Shown here in pieces: positions 1 through 13,334 of a DNA stretch of 29,955 nt (positions are counted from its first letter, which is position 1; each line of letters starts with the position of its first letter). The DNA comes from Utricularia gibba (taxonomy: Eukaryota > Plantae > Magnoliophyta): assembly GCA_002189035.1 (NCBI GenBank), contig NEEC01000484.1, positions 1 to 29,955 on the forward strand, read 5' to 3'. A model generated the notes under the pieces. That model searched no databases. It was not told the origin of the DNA and saw only the letters and a program-made list of their open reading frames with translations. The position numbers and the translations under genes were made by a program.

Positions 1-71
1 CCAGAGCGCGACTCGACCATTTGCTCGATACTAGTGCCAGCCTAGAGCGCCTCCTCAAATATAAATCAGGT

Positions 72-385
72 TGTTGAGAAAACCATTTGGGGTGCTCATG
101 ACATCCTAACTTCAAAAAATGCATCACGATTTTCATCGAGTAGCACCCGATTGGGCTCAGGAGCCAGACCGAACCTTGGGCCCTTACAAAGCTGCCAACG
201 ACAGCACCCGCCTTAAAATGGCAAGCTATTGCTTGAAAAACCATTCAGGCAGCCGCCGAAAACCCAACGTTGATAAATGCATCACTTATTTTCCGGGCTA
301 CAACTGACTATGGGCCATAGCCCGACCCGACCTCTGGCCCAATCCCGAAACCCCCCAAGAGCGCCTTCTGAAATATAAAGTAGAG
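72..385 (+). repeat. Monomer A (~314 bp)
   Basis: Diagnostic motifs: CCATTTGGGGTGCTCATGAC, GGCTCAGGAGCC, CCATTCAGG, CTATGGGCCATAG. Confidence 0.92.
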
Positions 386-698
386 TGTTGAGAAAACCCG
401 TTGGGGTTCTCATGACATCCTAACTAAAGCAAATGCATTACGATTTCGTCGAGTACGACCCGATTGGGCTTAGTAGCCAGACCGAATCTCGGGCCCTGAC
501 AAAGCTCCCAACTACAGCACCCACCTTAAAACGGCAAGCTGTTGCTTGAAAAACCATTTAGGCAGCCGCCGAAAACCCATCGTTGATAAATGCATCACTT
601 ATTTTCCGGGCTACAACTGACTATTGGCCTGAGCCCGACCCGACCTCTGGCCCAATCCCGAAACCCTCCGAGGGCGCCTTCTCAAATATATAGCAGAG
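386..698 (+). repeat. Monomer B (~313 bp)
   Basis: Diagnostic motifs: CCCGTTGGGG, CTAAAGCAAATGCATTAC, GAGTACGA, CAACTACAGC, CCATTTAGG, CCCTCCGAGGG. Confidence 0.92.
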
Positions 699-700
699 TG
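388..700 (+). repeat. Internal ~156-bp dimeric substructure of the monomer (halves 388-545 and 546-700 shown for monomer B)
   Basis: Homologous motifs recur at half-monomer spacing: TTGAGAAAACC (388) / TTGAAAAACC (546); AAATGCAT at 431, 588 and AAATGCG at 744 (157 and 156 bp apart); AGCCAGACCGAATCTCGGGCCC / AGCCCGACCCGACCTCTGGCCC. Confidence 0.8.
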
Positions 701-1011
701 TTGAGAAAACCCATTGGGGTTCTCATGACATCCTAACTACATCAAATGCGTTACGATTTTCGTCGAGTGCGACCCGATTGGGCTTAGTAGCCAGACCGAA
801 TCTCGGGCCGGACAAAGCTCCCAACGACAGCACCCGACTTTAAATGGCAAGCTATTGCTTGACAAACCATGTGGGCAGCCGCCGACAACCCAACGTTAAT
901 AAATGCATCACTTCTTTTGCCGGGCTACAGCTGACTTTGGGCTCAAGCCCGACCCGAATCCGGCCCGATCTCGGTGACCCACAAAAGCGCCTTGTCAAGT
1001 GTAAAGCATGC
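699..1011 (+). repeat. Monomer C (~313 bp)
   Basis: Diagnostic motifs: CCCATTGGGG, CTACATCAAATGCGTTAC, GAGTGCGA, CCATGTGGG, CTACAGCTGAC, GTCAAGTGTAAAGCATGC. Confidence 0.92.
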
Positions 1012-1327
1012 TGTTGAAAAAACCATTTGGGGTGGTCATGAGATCCTAACTTCAATAAAGGCATCACGATTTACGTCGAATGGGATCGGATTGTGCTGTG
1101 AAGTCAGACCGATCCTTGGGTCCGGACGAAGTTCCCAACAACAGCACCCGCAAAAAAAACGACAACTTTTCCTCGAAAAAAGCATGTAGGCAGCCGCCGA
1201 AAACCCAACGTTAATAAATGCATCACTTTTTTGGCCGGGCTACAAATGACTATGGGCCAGAGCGCGACTCGACCATTTGCTCGATACTAGTGCCAGCCTA
1301 GAGCGCCTCCTCAAATATAAATCAGGT
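1012..1327 (+). repeat. Monomer D (~315 bp, the most diverged monomer)
   Basis: Diagnostic motifs: GGTGGTCATGAGATCC, GAATGGGATCGGATTGTGCTGTG, GCAAAAAAACGACAACTTTTCCTCG, GATACTAGTGCCAGCC. Confidence 0.92.
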
Positions 1328-4300
1328 TGTTGAGAAAACCATTTGGGGTGCTCATGACATCCTAACTTCAAAAAAATGCATCACGATTTTCATCGAGTAG
1401 CACCCGATTGGGCTCAGGAGCCAGACCGAACCTTGGGCCCTTACAAAGCTGCCAACGACAGCACCCGCCTTAAAATGGCAAGCTATTGCTTGAAAAACCA
1501 TTCAGGCAGCCGCCGAAAACCCAACGTTGATAAATGCATCACTTATTTTCCGGGCTACAACTGACTATGGGCCATAGCCCGACCCGACCTCTGGCCCAAT
1601 CCCGAAACCCCCCAAGAGCGCCTTCTGAAATATAAAGTAGAGTGTTGAGAAAACCCGTTGGGGTTCTCATGACATCCTAACTAAAGCAAATGCATTACGA
1701 TTTCGTCGAGTACGACCCGATTGGGCTTAGTAGCCAGACCGAATCTCGGGCCCTGACAAAGCTCCCAACTACAGCACCCACCTTAAAACGGCAAGCTGTT
1801 GCTTGAAAAACCATTTAGGCAGCCGCCGAAAACCCATCGTTGATAAATGCATCACTTATTTTCCGGGCTACAACTGACTATTGGCCTGAGCCCGACCCGA
1901 CCTCTGGCCCAATCCCGAAACCCTCCGAGGGCGCCTTCTCAAATATATAGCAGAGTGTTGAGAAAACCCATTGGGGTTCTCATGACATCCTAACTACATC
2001 AAATGCGTTACGATTTTCGTCGAGTGCGACCCGATTGGGCTTAGTAGCCAGACCGAATCTCGGGCCGGACAAAGCTCCCAACGACAGCACCCGACTTTAA
2101 ATGGCAAGCTATTGCTTGACAAACCATGTGGGCAGCCGCCGACAACCCAACGTTAATAAATGCATCACTTCTTTTGCCGGGCTACAGCTGACTTTGGGCT
2201 AAGCCCGACCCGAATCCGGCCCGATCTCGGTGACCCACAAAAGCGCCTTGTCAAGTGTAAAGCATGCTGTTGAAAAAACCATTTGGGGTGGTCATGAGAT
2301 CCTAACTTCAATAAAGGCATCACGATTTACGTCGAATGGGATCGGATTGTGCTGTGAAGTCAGACCGATCCTTGGGTCCGGACGAAGTTCCCAACAACAG
2401 CACCCGCAAAAAAACGACAACTTTTCCTCGAAAAAAGCATGTAGGCAGCCGCCGAAAACCCAACGTTAATAAATGCATCACTTTTTTGGCCGGGCTACAA
2501 ATGACTATGGGCCAGAGCGCGACTCGACCATTTGCTCGATACTAGTGCCAGCCTAGAGCGCCTCCTCAAATATAAATCAGGTGTTGAGAAAACCATTTGG
2601 GGTGCTCATGACATCCTAACTTCAAAAAATGCATCACGATTTTCATCGAGTAGCACCCGATTGGGCTCAGGAGCCAGACCGAACCTTGGGCCCTTACAAA
2701 GCTGCCAACGACAGCACCCGCCTTAAAATGGCAAGCTATTGCTTGAAAAACCATTCAGCAGCCGCCGAAAACCCAACGTTGATAAATGCATCACTTATTT
2801 TCCGGGCTACAACTGACTATGGCCATAGCCCGACCCGACCTCTGGCCCAATCCCGAAACCCCCAAGAGCGCCTTCTGAAATATATAAGTAGAGTGTTGAG
2901 AAAACCCGTTGGGGTTCTCATGACATCCTAACTAAAGCAAATGCATTACGATTTCGTCGAGTACGACCCGATTGGGCTTAGTAGCCAGACCGAATCTCGG
3001 GCCCTGACAAAGCTCCCAACTACAGCACCCACCTTAAAACGGCAAGCTGTTGCTTGAAAAACCATTTAGGCAGCCGCCGAAAACCCATCGTTGATAAATG
3101 CATCACTTATTTTCCGGGCTACAACTGACTATTGGCCTGAGCCCGACCCGACCTCTGGCCCAATCCCGAAACCCTCCGAGGGCGCCTTCTCAAATATATA
3201 GCAGAGTGTTGAGAAAACCCATTGGGGTTCTCATGACATCCTAACTACATCAAATGCGTTACGATTTTCGTCGAGTGCGACCCGATTGGGCTTAGTAGCC
3301 AGACCGAATCTCGGGCCGGACAAAGCTCCCAACGACAGCACCCGACTTTAAATGGCAAGCTATTGCTTGACAAACCATGTGGGCAGCCGCCGACAACCCA
3401 CGTTAATAAATGCATCACTTCTTTTGCCGGGCTACAGCTGACTTTGGGCTCAAGCCCGACCCGAATCCGGCCCGATCTCGGTGACCCACAAAAGCGCCTT
3501 GTCAAGTGTAAAGCATGCTGTTGAAAAAACCATTTGGGGTGGTCATGAGATCCTAACTTCAATAAAGGCATCACGATTTACGTCGAATGGGATCGGATTG
3601 TGCTGTGAAGTCAGACCGATCCTTGGGTCCGGACGAAGTTCCCAACAACAGCACCCGCAAAAAAACGACAACTTTTCCTCGAAAAAAGCATGTAGGCAGC
3701 CGCCGAAAACCCAACGTTAATAAATGCATCACTTTTTTGGCCGGGCTACAAATGACTATGGGCCAGAGCGCGACTCGACCATTTGCTCGATACTAGTGCC
3801 AGCCTAGAGCGCCTCCTCAAATATAAATCAGGTTGTTGAGAAAACCATTTGGGGTGCTCATGACATCCTAACTTCAAAAAATGCATCACGATTTTCATCG
3901 AGTAGCACCCGATTGGGCTCAGGAGCCAGACCGAACCTTGGGCCCTTACAAAGCTGCCAACGACAGCACCCGCCTTAAAATGGCAAGCTATTGCTTGAAA
4001 AACCATTCAGGCAGCCGCCGAAAACCCAACGTTGATAAATGCATCACTTATTTTCCGGGCTACAACTGACTATGGGCCATAGCCCGACCCGACCTCTGGC
4101 CCAATCCCGAAACCCCCCAAGAGCGCCTTCTGAAATATAAAGTAGAGTGTTGAGAAAACCCGTTGGGGTTCTCATGACATCCTAACTAAAGCAAATGCAT
4201 TACGATTTCGTCGAGTACGACCCGATTGGGCTTAGTAGCCAGACCGAATCTCGGGCCCTGACAAAGCTCCCAACTACAGCACCCACCTTAAAACGGCAAG

Positions 4301-7300
4301 CTGTTGCTTGAAAAACCATTTAGGCAGCCGCCGAAAACCCATCGTTGATAAATGCATCACTTATTTCCGGGCTACAACTGACTATTGGCCTGAGCCCGAC
4401 CCGACCTGGCCCAATCCCGAAACCCTCCGAGGGCGCCTTCTCAAATATATAGCAGAGTGTTGAGAAAACCCATTGGGGTTCTCATGACATCCTAACTACA
4501 TCAAATGCGTTACGATTTTCGTCGAGTGCGACCCGATTGGGCTTAGTAGCCAGACCGAATCTCGGGCCGGACAAAGCTCCCAACGACAGCACCCGACTTT
4601 AAATGGCAAGCTATTGCTTGACAAACCATGTGGGCAGCCGCCGACAACCCAACGTTAATAAATGCATCACTTCTTTTGCCGGGCTACAGCTGACTTTGGG
4701 CTCAAGCCCGACCCGAATCCGGCCCGATCTCGGTGACCCACAAAAGCGCCTTGTCAAGTGTAAAGCATGCTGTTGAAAAAACCATTTGGGGTGGTCATGA
4801 GATCCTAACTTCAATAAAGGCATCACGATTTACGTCGAATGGGATCGGATTGTGCTGTGAAGTCAGACCGATCCTTGGGTCCGGACGAAGTTCCCAACAA
4901 CAGCACCCGCAAAAAAACGACAACTTTTCCTCGAAAAAAGCATGTAGGCAGCCGCCGAAAACCCAACGTTAATAAATGCATCACTTTTTTGGCCGGGCTA
5001 CAAATGACTATGGGCCAGAGCGCGACTCGACCATTTGCTCGATACTAGTGCCAGCCTAGAGCGCCTCCTCAAATATAAATCAGGTTGTTGAGAAAACCAT
5101 TTGGGGTGCTCATGACATCCTAACTTCAAAAAATGCATCACGATTTTCATCGAGTAGCACCCGATTGGGCTCAGGAGCCAGACCGAACCTTGGGCCCTTA
5201 CAAAGCTGCCAACGACAGCACCCGCCTTAAAATGGCAAGCTATTGCTTGAAAAACCATTCAGGCAGCCGCCGAAAACCCAACGTTGATAAATGCATCACT
5301 TATTTTCCGGGCTACAACTGACTATGGGCCATAGCCCGACCCGACCTCTGGCCCAATCCCGAAACCCCCCAAGAGCGCCTTCTGAAATATAAAGTAGAGT
5401 GTTGAGAAAACCCGTTGGGGTTCTCATGACATCCTAACTAAAGCAAATGCATTACGATTTCGTCGAGTACGACCCGATTGGGCTTAGTAGCCAGACCGAA
5501 TCTCGGGCCCTGACAAAGCTCCCAACTACAGCACCCACCTTAAAACGGCAAGCTGTTGCTTGAAAAACCATTTAGGCAGCCGCCGAAAACCCATCGTTGA
5601 TAAATGCATCACTTATTTTCCGGGCTACAACTGACTATTGGCCTGAGCCCGACCCGACCTCTGGCCCAATCCCGAAACCCTCCGAGGGCGCCTTCTCAAA
5701 TATATAGCAGAGTGTTGAGAAAACCCATTGGGGTTCTCATGACATCCTAACTACATCAAATGCGTTACGATTTTCGTCGAGTGCGACCCGATTGGGCTTA
5801 GTAGCCAGACCGAATCTCGGGCCGGACAAAGCTCCCAACGACAGCACCCGACTTTAAATGGCAAGCTATTGCTTGACAAACCATGTGGGCAGCCGCCGAC
5901 AACCCAACGTTAATAAATGCATCACTTCTTTTGCCGGGCTACAGCTGACTTGGGCTCAAGCCCGACCCGAATCCGGCCCGATCTCGGTGACCCACAAAAG
6001 CGCCTTGTCAAGTGTAAAGCATGCTGTTGAAAAAACCATTGGGGTGGTCATGAGATCCTAACTTCAATAAAGGCATCACGATTTACGTCGAATGGGATCG
6101 GATTGTGCTGTGAAGTCAGACCGATCCTTGGGTCCGGACGAAGTTCCCAACAACAGCACCCGCAAAAAAACGACAACTTTTCCTCGAAAAAAGCATGTAG
6201 GCAGCCGCCGAAAACCCAACGTTAATAAATGCATCACTTTTTTTGGCCGGGCTACAAATGACTATGGGCCAGAGCGCGACTCGACCATTTGCTCGATACT
6301 AGTGCCAGCCTAGAGCGCCTCCTCAAATATAAATCAGGTTGTTGAGAAAACCATTTGGGGTGCTCATGACATCCTAACTTCAAAAAATGCATCACGATTT
6401 TCATCGAGTAGCACCCGATTGGGCTCAGGAGCCAGACCGAACCTTGGGCCCTTACAAAGCTGCCAACGACAGCACCCGCCTTAAAATGGCAAGCTATTGC
6501 TTGAAAAACCATTCAGGCAGCCGCCGAAAACCCAACGTTGATAAATGCATCACTTATTTTCCGGGCTACAACTGACTATGGGCCATAGCCCGACCCGACC
6601 TCTGGCCCAATCCCGAAACCCCCAAGAGCGCCTTCTGAAATATAAAGTAGAGTGTTGAGAAAACCCGTTGGGGTTCTCATGACATCCTAACTAAAGCAAA
6701 TGCATTACGATTTCGTCGAGTACGACCCGATTGGGCTTAGTAGCCAGACCGAATCTCGGGCCCTGACAAAGCTCCCAACTACAGCACCCACCTTAAAACG
6801 GCAAGCTGTTGCTTGAAAAACCATTTAGGCAGCCGCCGAAAACCCATCGTTGATAAATGCATCACTTATTTCCGGGCTACAACTGACTATTGGCCTGAGC
6901 CCGACCGACCTCTGGCCCAATCCCGAAACCCTCCGAGGGCGCCTTCTCAAATATATAGCAGAGTGTTGAGAAAACCCATTGGGGTTCTCATGACATCCTA
7001 ACTACATCAAATGCGTTACGATTTTCGTCGAGTGCGACCCGATTGGGCTTAGTAGCCAGACCGAATCTCGGGCCGGACAAAGCTCCCAACGACAGCACCC
7101 GACTTTAAATGGCAAGCTATTGCTTGACAAACCATGTGGGCAGCCGCCGACAACCCAACGTTAATAAATGCATCACTTCTTTTGCCGGGCTACAGCTGAC
7201 TTTGGGCTCAAGCCCGACCCGAATCCGGCCCGATCTCGGTGACCCACAAAAGCGCCTTGTCAAGTGTAAAGCATGCTGTTGAAAAAACCATTTGGGGTGG

Positions 7301-10300
7301 TCATGAGATCCTAACTTCAATAAAGGCATCACGATTTACGTCGAATGGGATCGGATTGTGCTGTGAAGTCAGACCGATCCTTGGGTCCGGACGAAGTTCC
7401 CAACAACAGCACCCGCAAAAAAACGACAACTTTTCCTCGAAAAAAGCATGTAGGCAGCCGCCGAAAACCCAACGTTAATAAATGCATCACTTTTTTGGCC
7501 GGCTACAAATGACTATGGGCCAGAGCGCGACTCGACCATTTGCTCGATACTAGTGCCAGCCTAGAGCGCCTCCTCAAATATAAATCAGGTTGTTGAGAAA
7601 ACCATTTGGGGTGCTCATGACATCCTAACTTCAAAAAATGCATCACGATTTTCATCGAGTAGCACCCGATTGGGCTCAGGAGCCAGACCGAACCTTGGGC
7701 CCTTACAAAGCTGCCAACGACAGCACCCGCCTTAAAATGGCAAGCTATTGCTTGAAAAACCATTCAGGCAGCCGCCGAAAACCCAACGTTGATAAATGCA
7801 TCACTTATTTTCCGGGCTACAACTGACTATGGGCCATAGCCCGACCCGACCTCTGGCCCAATCCCGAAACCCCCAAGAGCGCCTTCTGAAATATAAAGTA
7901 GAGTGTTGAGAAAACCCGTTGGGGTTCTCATGACATCCTAACTAAAGCAAATGCATTACGATTTCGTCGAGTACGACCCGATTGGGCTTAGTAGCCAGAC
8001 CGAATCTCGGGCCCTGACAAAGCTCCCAACTACAGCACCCACCTTAAAACGGCAAGCTGTTGCTTGAAAAACCATTTAGGCAGCCGCCGAAAACCCATCG
8101 TTGATAAATGCATCACTTATTTTCCGGCTACAACTGACTATTGGCCTGAGCCCGACCCGACCTCTGGCCCAATCCCGAAACCCTCCGAGGGCGCCTTCTC
8201 AAATATATAGCAGAGTGTTGAGAAAACCCATTGGGGTTCTCATGACATCCTAACTACATCAAATGCGTTACGATTTTCGTCGAGTGCGACCCGATTGGGC
8301 TTAGTAGCCAGACCGAATCTCGGGCCGGACAAAGCTCCCAACGACAGCACCCGACTTTAAATGGCAAGCTATTGCTTGACAAACCATGTGGGCAGCCGCC
8401 GACAACCCAACGTTAATAAATGCATCACTTCTTTTGCCGGGCTACAGCTGACTTTGGGCTCAAGCCCGACCCGAATCCGGCCCGATCTCGGTGACCCACA
8501 AAAGCGCCTTGTCAAGTGTAAAGCATGCTGTTGAAAAAACCATTTGGGGTGGTCATGAGATCCTAACTTCAATAAAGGCATCACGATTTACGTCGAATGG
8601 GATCGGATTGTGCTGTGAAGTCAGACCGATCCTTGGGTCCGGACGAAGTTCCCAAACAACAGCACCCGCAAAAAACGACAACTTTTCCTCGAAAAAAGCA
8701 TGTAGGCAGCCGCCGAAAACCCAACGTTAATAAATGCATCACTTTTTTGGCCGGGCTACAAATGACTATGGGCCAGAGCGCGACTCGACCATTTGCTCGA
8801 TACTAGTGCCAGCCTAGAGCGCCTCCTCAAATATAAATCAGGTTGTTGAGAAAACCATTTGGGGTGCTCATGACATCCTAACTTCAAAAAATGCATCACG
8901 ATTTTCATCGAGTAGCACCCGATTGGGCTCAGGAGCCAGACCGAACCTTGGGCCCTTACAAAGCTGCCAACGACAGCACCCGCCTTAAAATGGCAAGCTA
9001 TTGCTTGAAAAACCATTCAGGCAGCCGCCGAAAACCCAACGTTGATAAATGCATCACTTATTTTCCGGGCTACAACTGACTATGGGCCATAGCCCGACCC
9101 GACCTCTGGCCCAATCCCGAAACCCCCAAAGAGCGCCTTCTGAAATATAAAGTAGAGTGTTGAGAAAACCCGTTGGGGTTCTCATGACATCCTAACTAAA
9201 GCAAATGCATTACGATTTCGTCGAGTACGACCCGATTGGGCTTAGTAGCCAGACCGAATCTCGGGCCCTGACAAAGCTCCCAACTACAGCACCCACCTTA
9301 AAACGGCAAGCTGTTGCTTGAAAAACCATTTAGGCAGCCGCCGAAAACCATCGTTGATAAATGCATCACTTATTTTCCGGGCTACAACTGACTATTGGCC
9401 TGAGCCCGACCCGACCTCTGGCCCAATCCCGAAACCCTCCGAGGGCGCCTTCTCAAATATATAGCAGAGTGTTGAGAAAACCCATTGGGGTTCTCATGAC
9501 ATCCTAACTACATCAAATGCGTTACGATTTTCGTCGAGTGCGACCCGATTGGGCTTAGTAGCCAGACCGAATCTCGGGCCGGACAAAGCTCCCAACGACA
9601 GCACCCGACTTTAAATGGCAAGCTATTGCTTGACAAACCATGTGGGCAGCCGCCGACAACCCAACGTTAATAAATGCATCACTTCTTTTGCCGGGCTACA
9701 GCTGACTTTGGGCTCAAGCCCGACCCGAATCCGGCCCGATCTCGGTGACCCACAAAAGCGCCTTGTCAAGTGTAAAGCATGCTGTTGAAAAAACCATTTG
9801 GGGTGGTCATGAGATCCTAACTTCAATAAAGGCATCACGATTTACGTCGAATGGGATCGGATTGTGCTGTGAAGTCAGACCGATCCTTGGGTCCGGACGA
9901 AGTTCCCAACAACAGCACCCGCAAAAAAACGACAACTTTTCCTCGAAAAAAGCATGTAGGCAGCCGCCGAAAACCCAACGTTAATAAATGCATCACTTTT
10001 TTGGCCGGGCTACAAATGACTATGGGCCAGAGCGCGACTCGACCATTTGCTCGATACTAGTGCCAGCCTAGAGCGCCTCCTCAAATATAAATCAGGTTGT
10101 TGAGAAAACCATTTGGGGTGCTCATGACATCCTAACTTCAAAAAATGCATCACGATTTTCATCGAGTAGCACCCGATTGGGCTCAGGAGCCAGACCGAAC
10201 CTTGGGCCCTTACAAAGCTGCCAACGACAGCACCCGCCTTAAAATGGCAAGCTATTGCTTGAAAAACCATTCAGGCAGCCGCCGAAAACCCAACGTTGAT

Positions 10301-10840
10301 AAATGCATCACTTATTTCCGGGCTACAACTGACTATGGGCCATAGCCCGACCCGACCTCTGGCCCAATCCGAAACCCCCGAGCGCCTTCTGAAATATAAA
10401 GTAGAGTGTTGAGAAAACCCGTTGGGGTTCTCATGACATCCTAACTAAAGCAAATGCATTACGATTTCGTCGAGTACGACCCGATTGGGCTTAGTAGCCA
10501 GACCGAATCTCGGGCCCTGACAAAGCTCCCAACTACAGCACCCACCTTAAAACGGCAAGCTGTTGCTTGAAAAACCATTTAGGCAGCCGCCGAAAACCCA
10601 TCGTTGATAAATGCATCACTTATTTTCCGGGCTACAACTGACTATTGGCCTGAGCCCGACCCGACCTCTGGCCCAATCCCGAAACCCTCCGAGGGCGCCT
10701 TCTCAAATATATAGCAGAGTGTTGAGAAAACCCATTGGGGTTCTCATGACATCCTAACTACATCAAATGCGTTACGATTTTCGTCGAGTGCGACCCGATT
10801 GGGCTTAGTAGCCAGACCGAATCTCGGGCCGGACAAAGCT

Positions 10841-10855
10841 CCCAACTTTAAATGG
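10841..10855 (+). other. 13-bp deletion allele in monomer C, HOR copy 9 (junction 10846/10847)
   Basis: Reads CCCAAC|TTTAAATGG against consensus CCCAAC-GACAGCACCCGAC-TTTAAATGG. Confidence 0.88.
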
Positions 10856-13334
10856 CAAGCTATTGCTTGACAAACCATGTGGGCAGCCGCCGACAACCCA
10901 ACGTTAATAAATGCATCACTTCTTTTGCCGGGCTACAGCTGACTTGGGCTCAAGCCCGACCCGAATCCGGCCCGATCTCGGTGACCCACAAAAGCGCCTT
11001 GTCAAGTGTAAAGCATGCTGTTGAAAAAACCATTTGGGGTGGTCATGAGATCCTAACTTCAATAAAGGCATCACGATTTACGTCGAATGGGATCGGATTG
11101 TGCTGTGAAGTCAGACCGATCCTTGGGTCCGGACGAAGTTCCCAACAACAGCACCCGCAAAAAAACGACAACTTTTCCTCGAAAAAAGCATGTAGGCAGC
11201 CGCCGAAAACCCAACGTTAATAAATGCATCACTTTTTTGGCCGGGCTACAAATGACTATGGGCCAGAGCGCGACTCGACCATTTGCTCGATACTAGTGCC
11301 AGCCTAGAGCGCCTCCTCAAATATAAATCAGGTTGTTGAGAAAACCATTTGGGGTGCTCATGACATCCTAACTTCAAAAAATGCATCACGATTTTCATCG
11401 AGTAGCACCCGATTGGGCTCAGGAGCCAGACCGAACCTTGGGCCCTTACAAAGCTGCCAACGACAGCACCCGCCTTAAAATGGCAAGCTATTGCTTGAAA
11501 AAACCATTCAGGCAGCCGCCGAAAACCCAACGTTGATAAATGCATCACTTATTTTCCGGGCTACAACTGACTATGGGCCATAGCCCGACCCGACCTCTGG
11601 CCCAATCCCGAAACCCCCCAAGAGCGCCTTCTGAAATATAAAGTAGAGTGTTGAGAAAACCCGTTGGGGTTCTCATGACATCCTAACTAAAGCAAATGCA
11701 TTACGATTTCGTCGAGTACGACCCGATTGGGCTTAGTAGCCAGACCGAATCTCGGGCCCTGACAAAGCTCCCAACTACAGCACCCACCTTAAAACGGCAA
11801 GCTGTTGCTTGAAAAACCATTTAGGCAGCCGCCGAAAACCCATCGTTGATAAATGCATCACTTATTTTCCGGGCTACAACTGACTATTGGCCTGAGCCCG
11901 ACCCGACCTCTGGCCCAATCCCGAAACCCTCCGAGGGCGCCTTCAAATATATAGCAGAGTGTTGAGAAAACCCATTGGGGTTCTCATGACATCCTAACTA
12001 CATCAAATGCGTTACGATTTTCGTCGAGTGCGACCCGATTGGGCTTAGTAGCCAGACCGAATCTCGGGCCGGACAAAGCTCCCAACGACAGCACCCGACT
12101 TTAAATGGCAAGCTATTGCTTGACAAACCATGTGGGCAGCCGCCGACAACCCAACGTTAATAAATGCATCACTTCTTTTGCCGGGCTACAGCTGACTTTG
12201 GGCTCAAGCCCGACCCGAATCCGGCCCGATCTCGGTGACCCACAAAAGCGCCTTGTCAAGTGTAAAGCATGCTGTTGAAAAAACCATTTGGGGTGGTCAT
12301 GAGATCCTAACTTCAATAAAGGCATCACGATTTACGTCGAATGGGATCGGATTGTGCTGTGAAGTCAGACCGATCCTTGGGTCCGGACGAAGTTCCCAAC
12401 AACAGCACCCGCAAAAAAACGACAACTTTTCCTCGAAAAAAGCATGTAGGCAGCCGCCGAAAACCCAACGTTAATAAATGCATCACTTTTTTGGCCGGCT
12501 ACAAATGACTATGGGCCAGAGCGCGACTCGACCATTTGCTCGATACTAGTGCCAGCCTAGAGCGCCTCCTCAAATATAAATCAGGTTGTTGAGAAAAACA
12601 TTTGGGGTGCTCATGACATCCTAACTTCAAAAAATGCATCACGATTTTCATCGAGTAGCACCCGATTGGGCTCAGGAGCCAGACCGAACCTTGGGCCCTT
12701 ACAAAGCTGCCAACGACAGCACCCGCCTTAAAATGGCAAGCTATTGCTTGAAAAACCATTCAGGCAGCCGCCGAAAACCCAACGTTGATAAATGCATCAC
12801 TTATTTTCCGGGCTACAACTGACTATGGGCCATAGCCCGACCCGACCTCTGGCCCAATCCCGAAACCCCCCAAGAGCGCCTTCTGAAATATAAAGTAGAG
12901 TGTTGAGAAAACCCGTTGGGGTTCTCATGACATCCTAACTAAAGCAAATGCATTACGATTTCGTCGAGTACGACCCGATTGGGCTTAGTAGCCAGACCGA
13001 ATCTCGGGCCCTGACAAAGCTCCCAACTACAGCACCCACCTTAAAACGGCAAGCTGTTGCTTGAAAAACCATTTAGGCAGCCGCCGAAAACCCATCGTTG
13101 ATAAATGCATCACTTATTTTCCGGGCTACAACTGACTATTGGCCTGAGCCCGACCCGACCTCTGGCCCAATCCCGAAACCCTCCGAGGGCGCCTTCTCAA
13201 ATATATAGCAGAGTGTTGAGAAAACCCATTGGGGTTCTCATGACATCCTAACTACATCAAATGCGTTACGATTTTCGTCGAGTGCGACCCGATTGGGCTT
13301 AGTAGCCAGACCGAATCTCGGGCCGGACAAAGCT

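Larger units (their letters stand above)
72..1327 (+). repeat. First complete HOR copy (A-B-C-D), used as reference
   Basis: The monomer-head motif TGTTGA(G/A)AAAACC...TTGGGGT..TCATGA.ATCCTAAC starts at 72, 386, 699, 1012 and again at 1328, where the sequence returns to the type seen at 72. Confidence 0.95.

Noticed and set aside
331-392. TATA-like TATAAA/TATATA and AATAAA motifs as promoter or polyadenylation signals
   Set aside because: These short AT motifs are expected by chance, are repeated in every monomer, and have no associated gene. Satellite transcription cannot be inferred from them.
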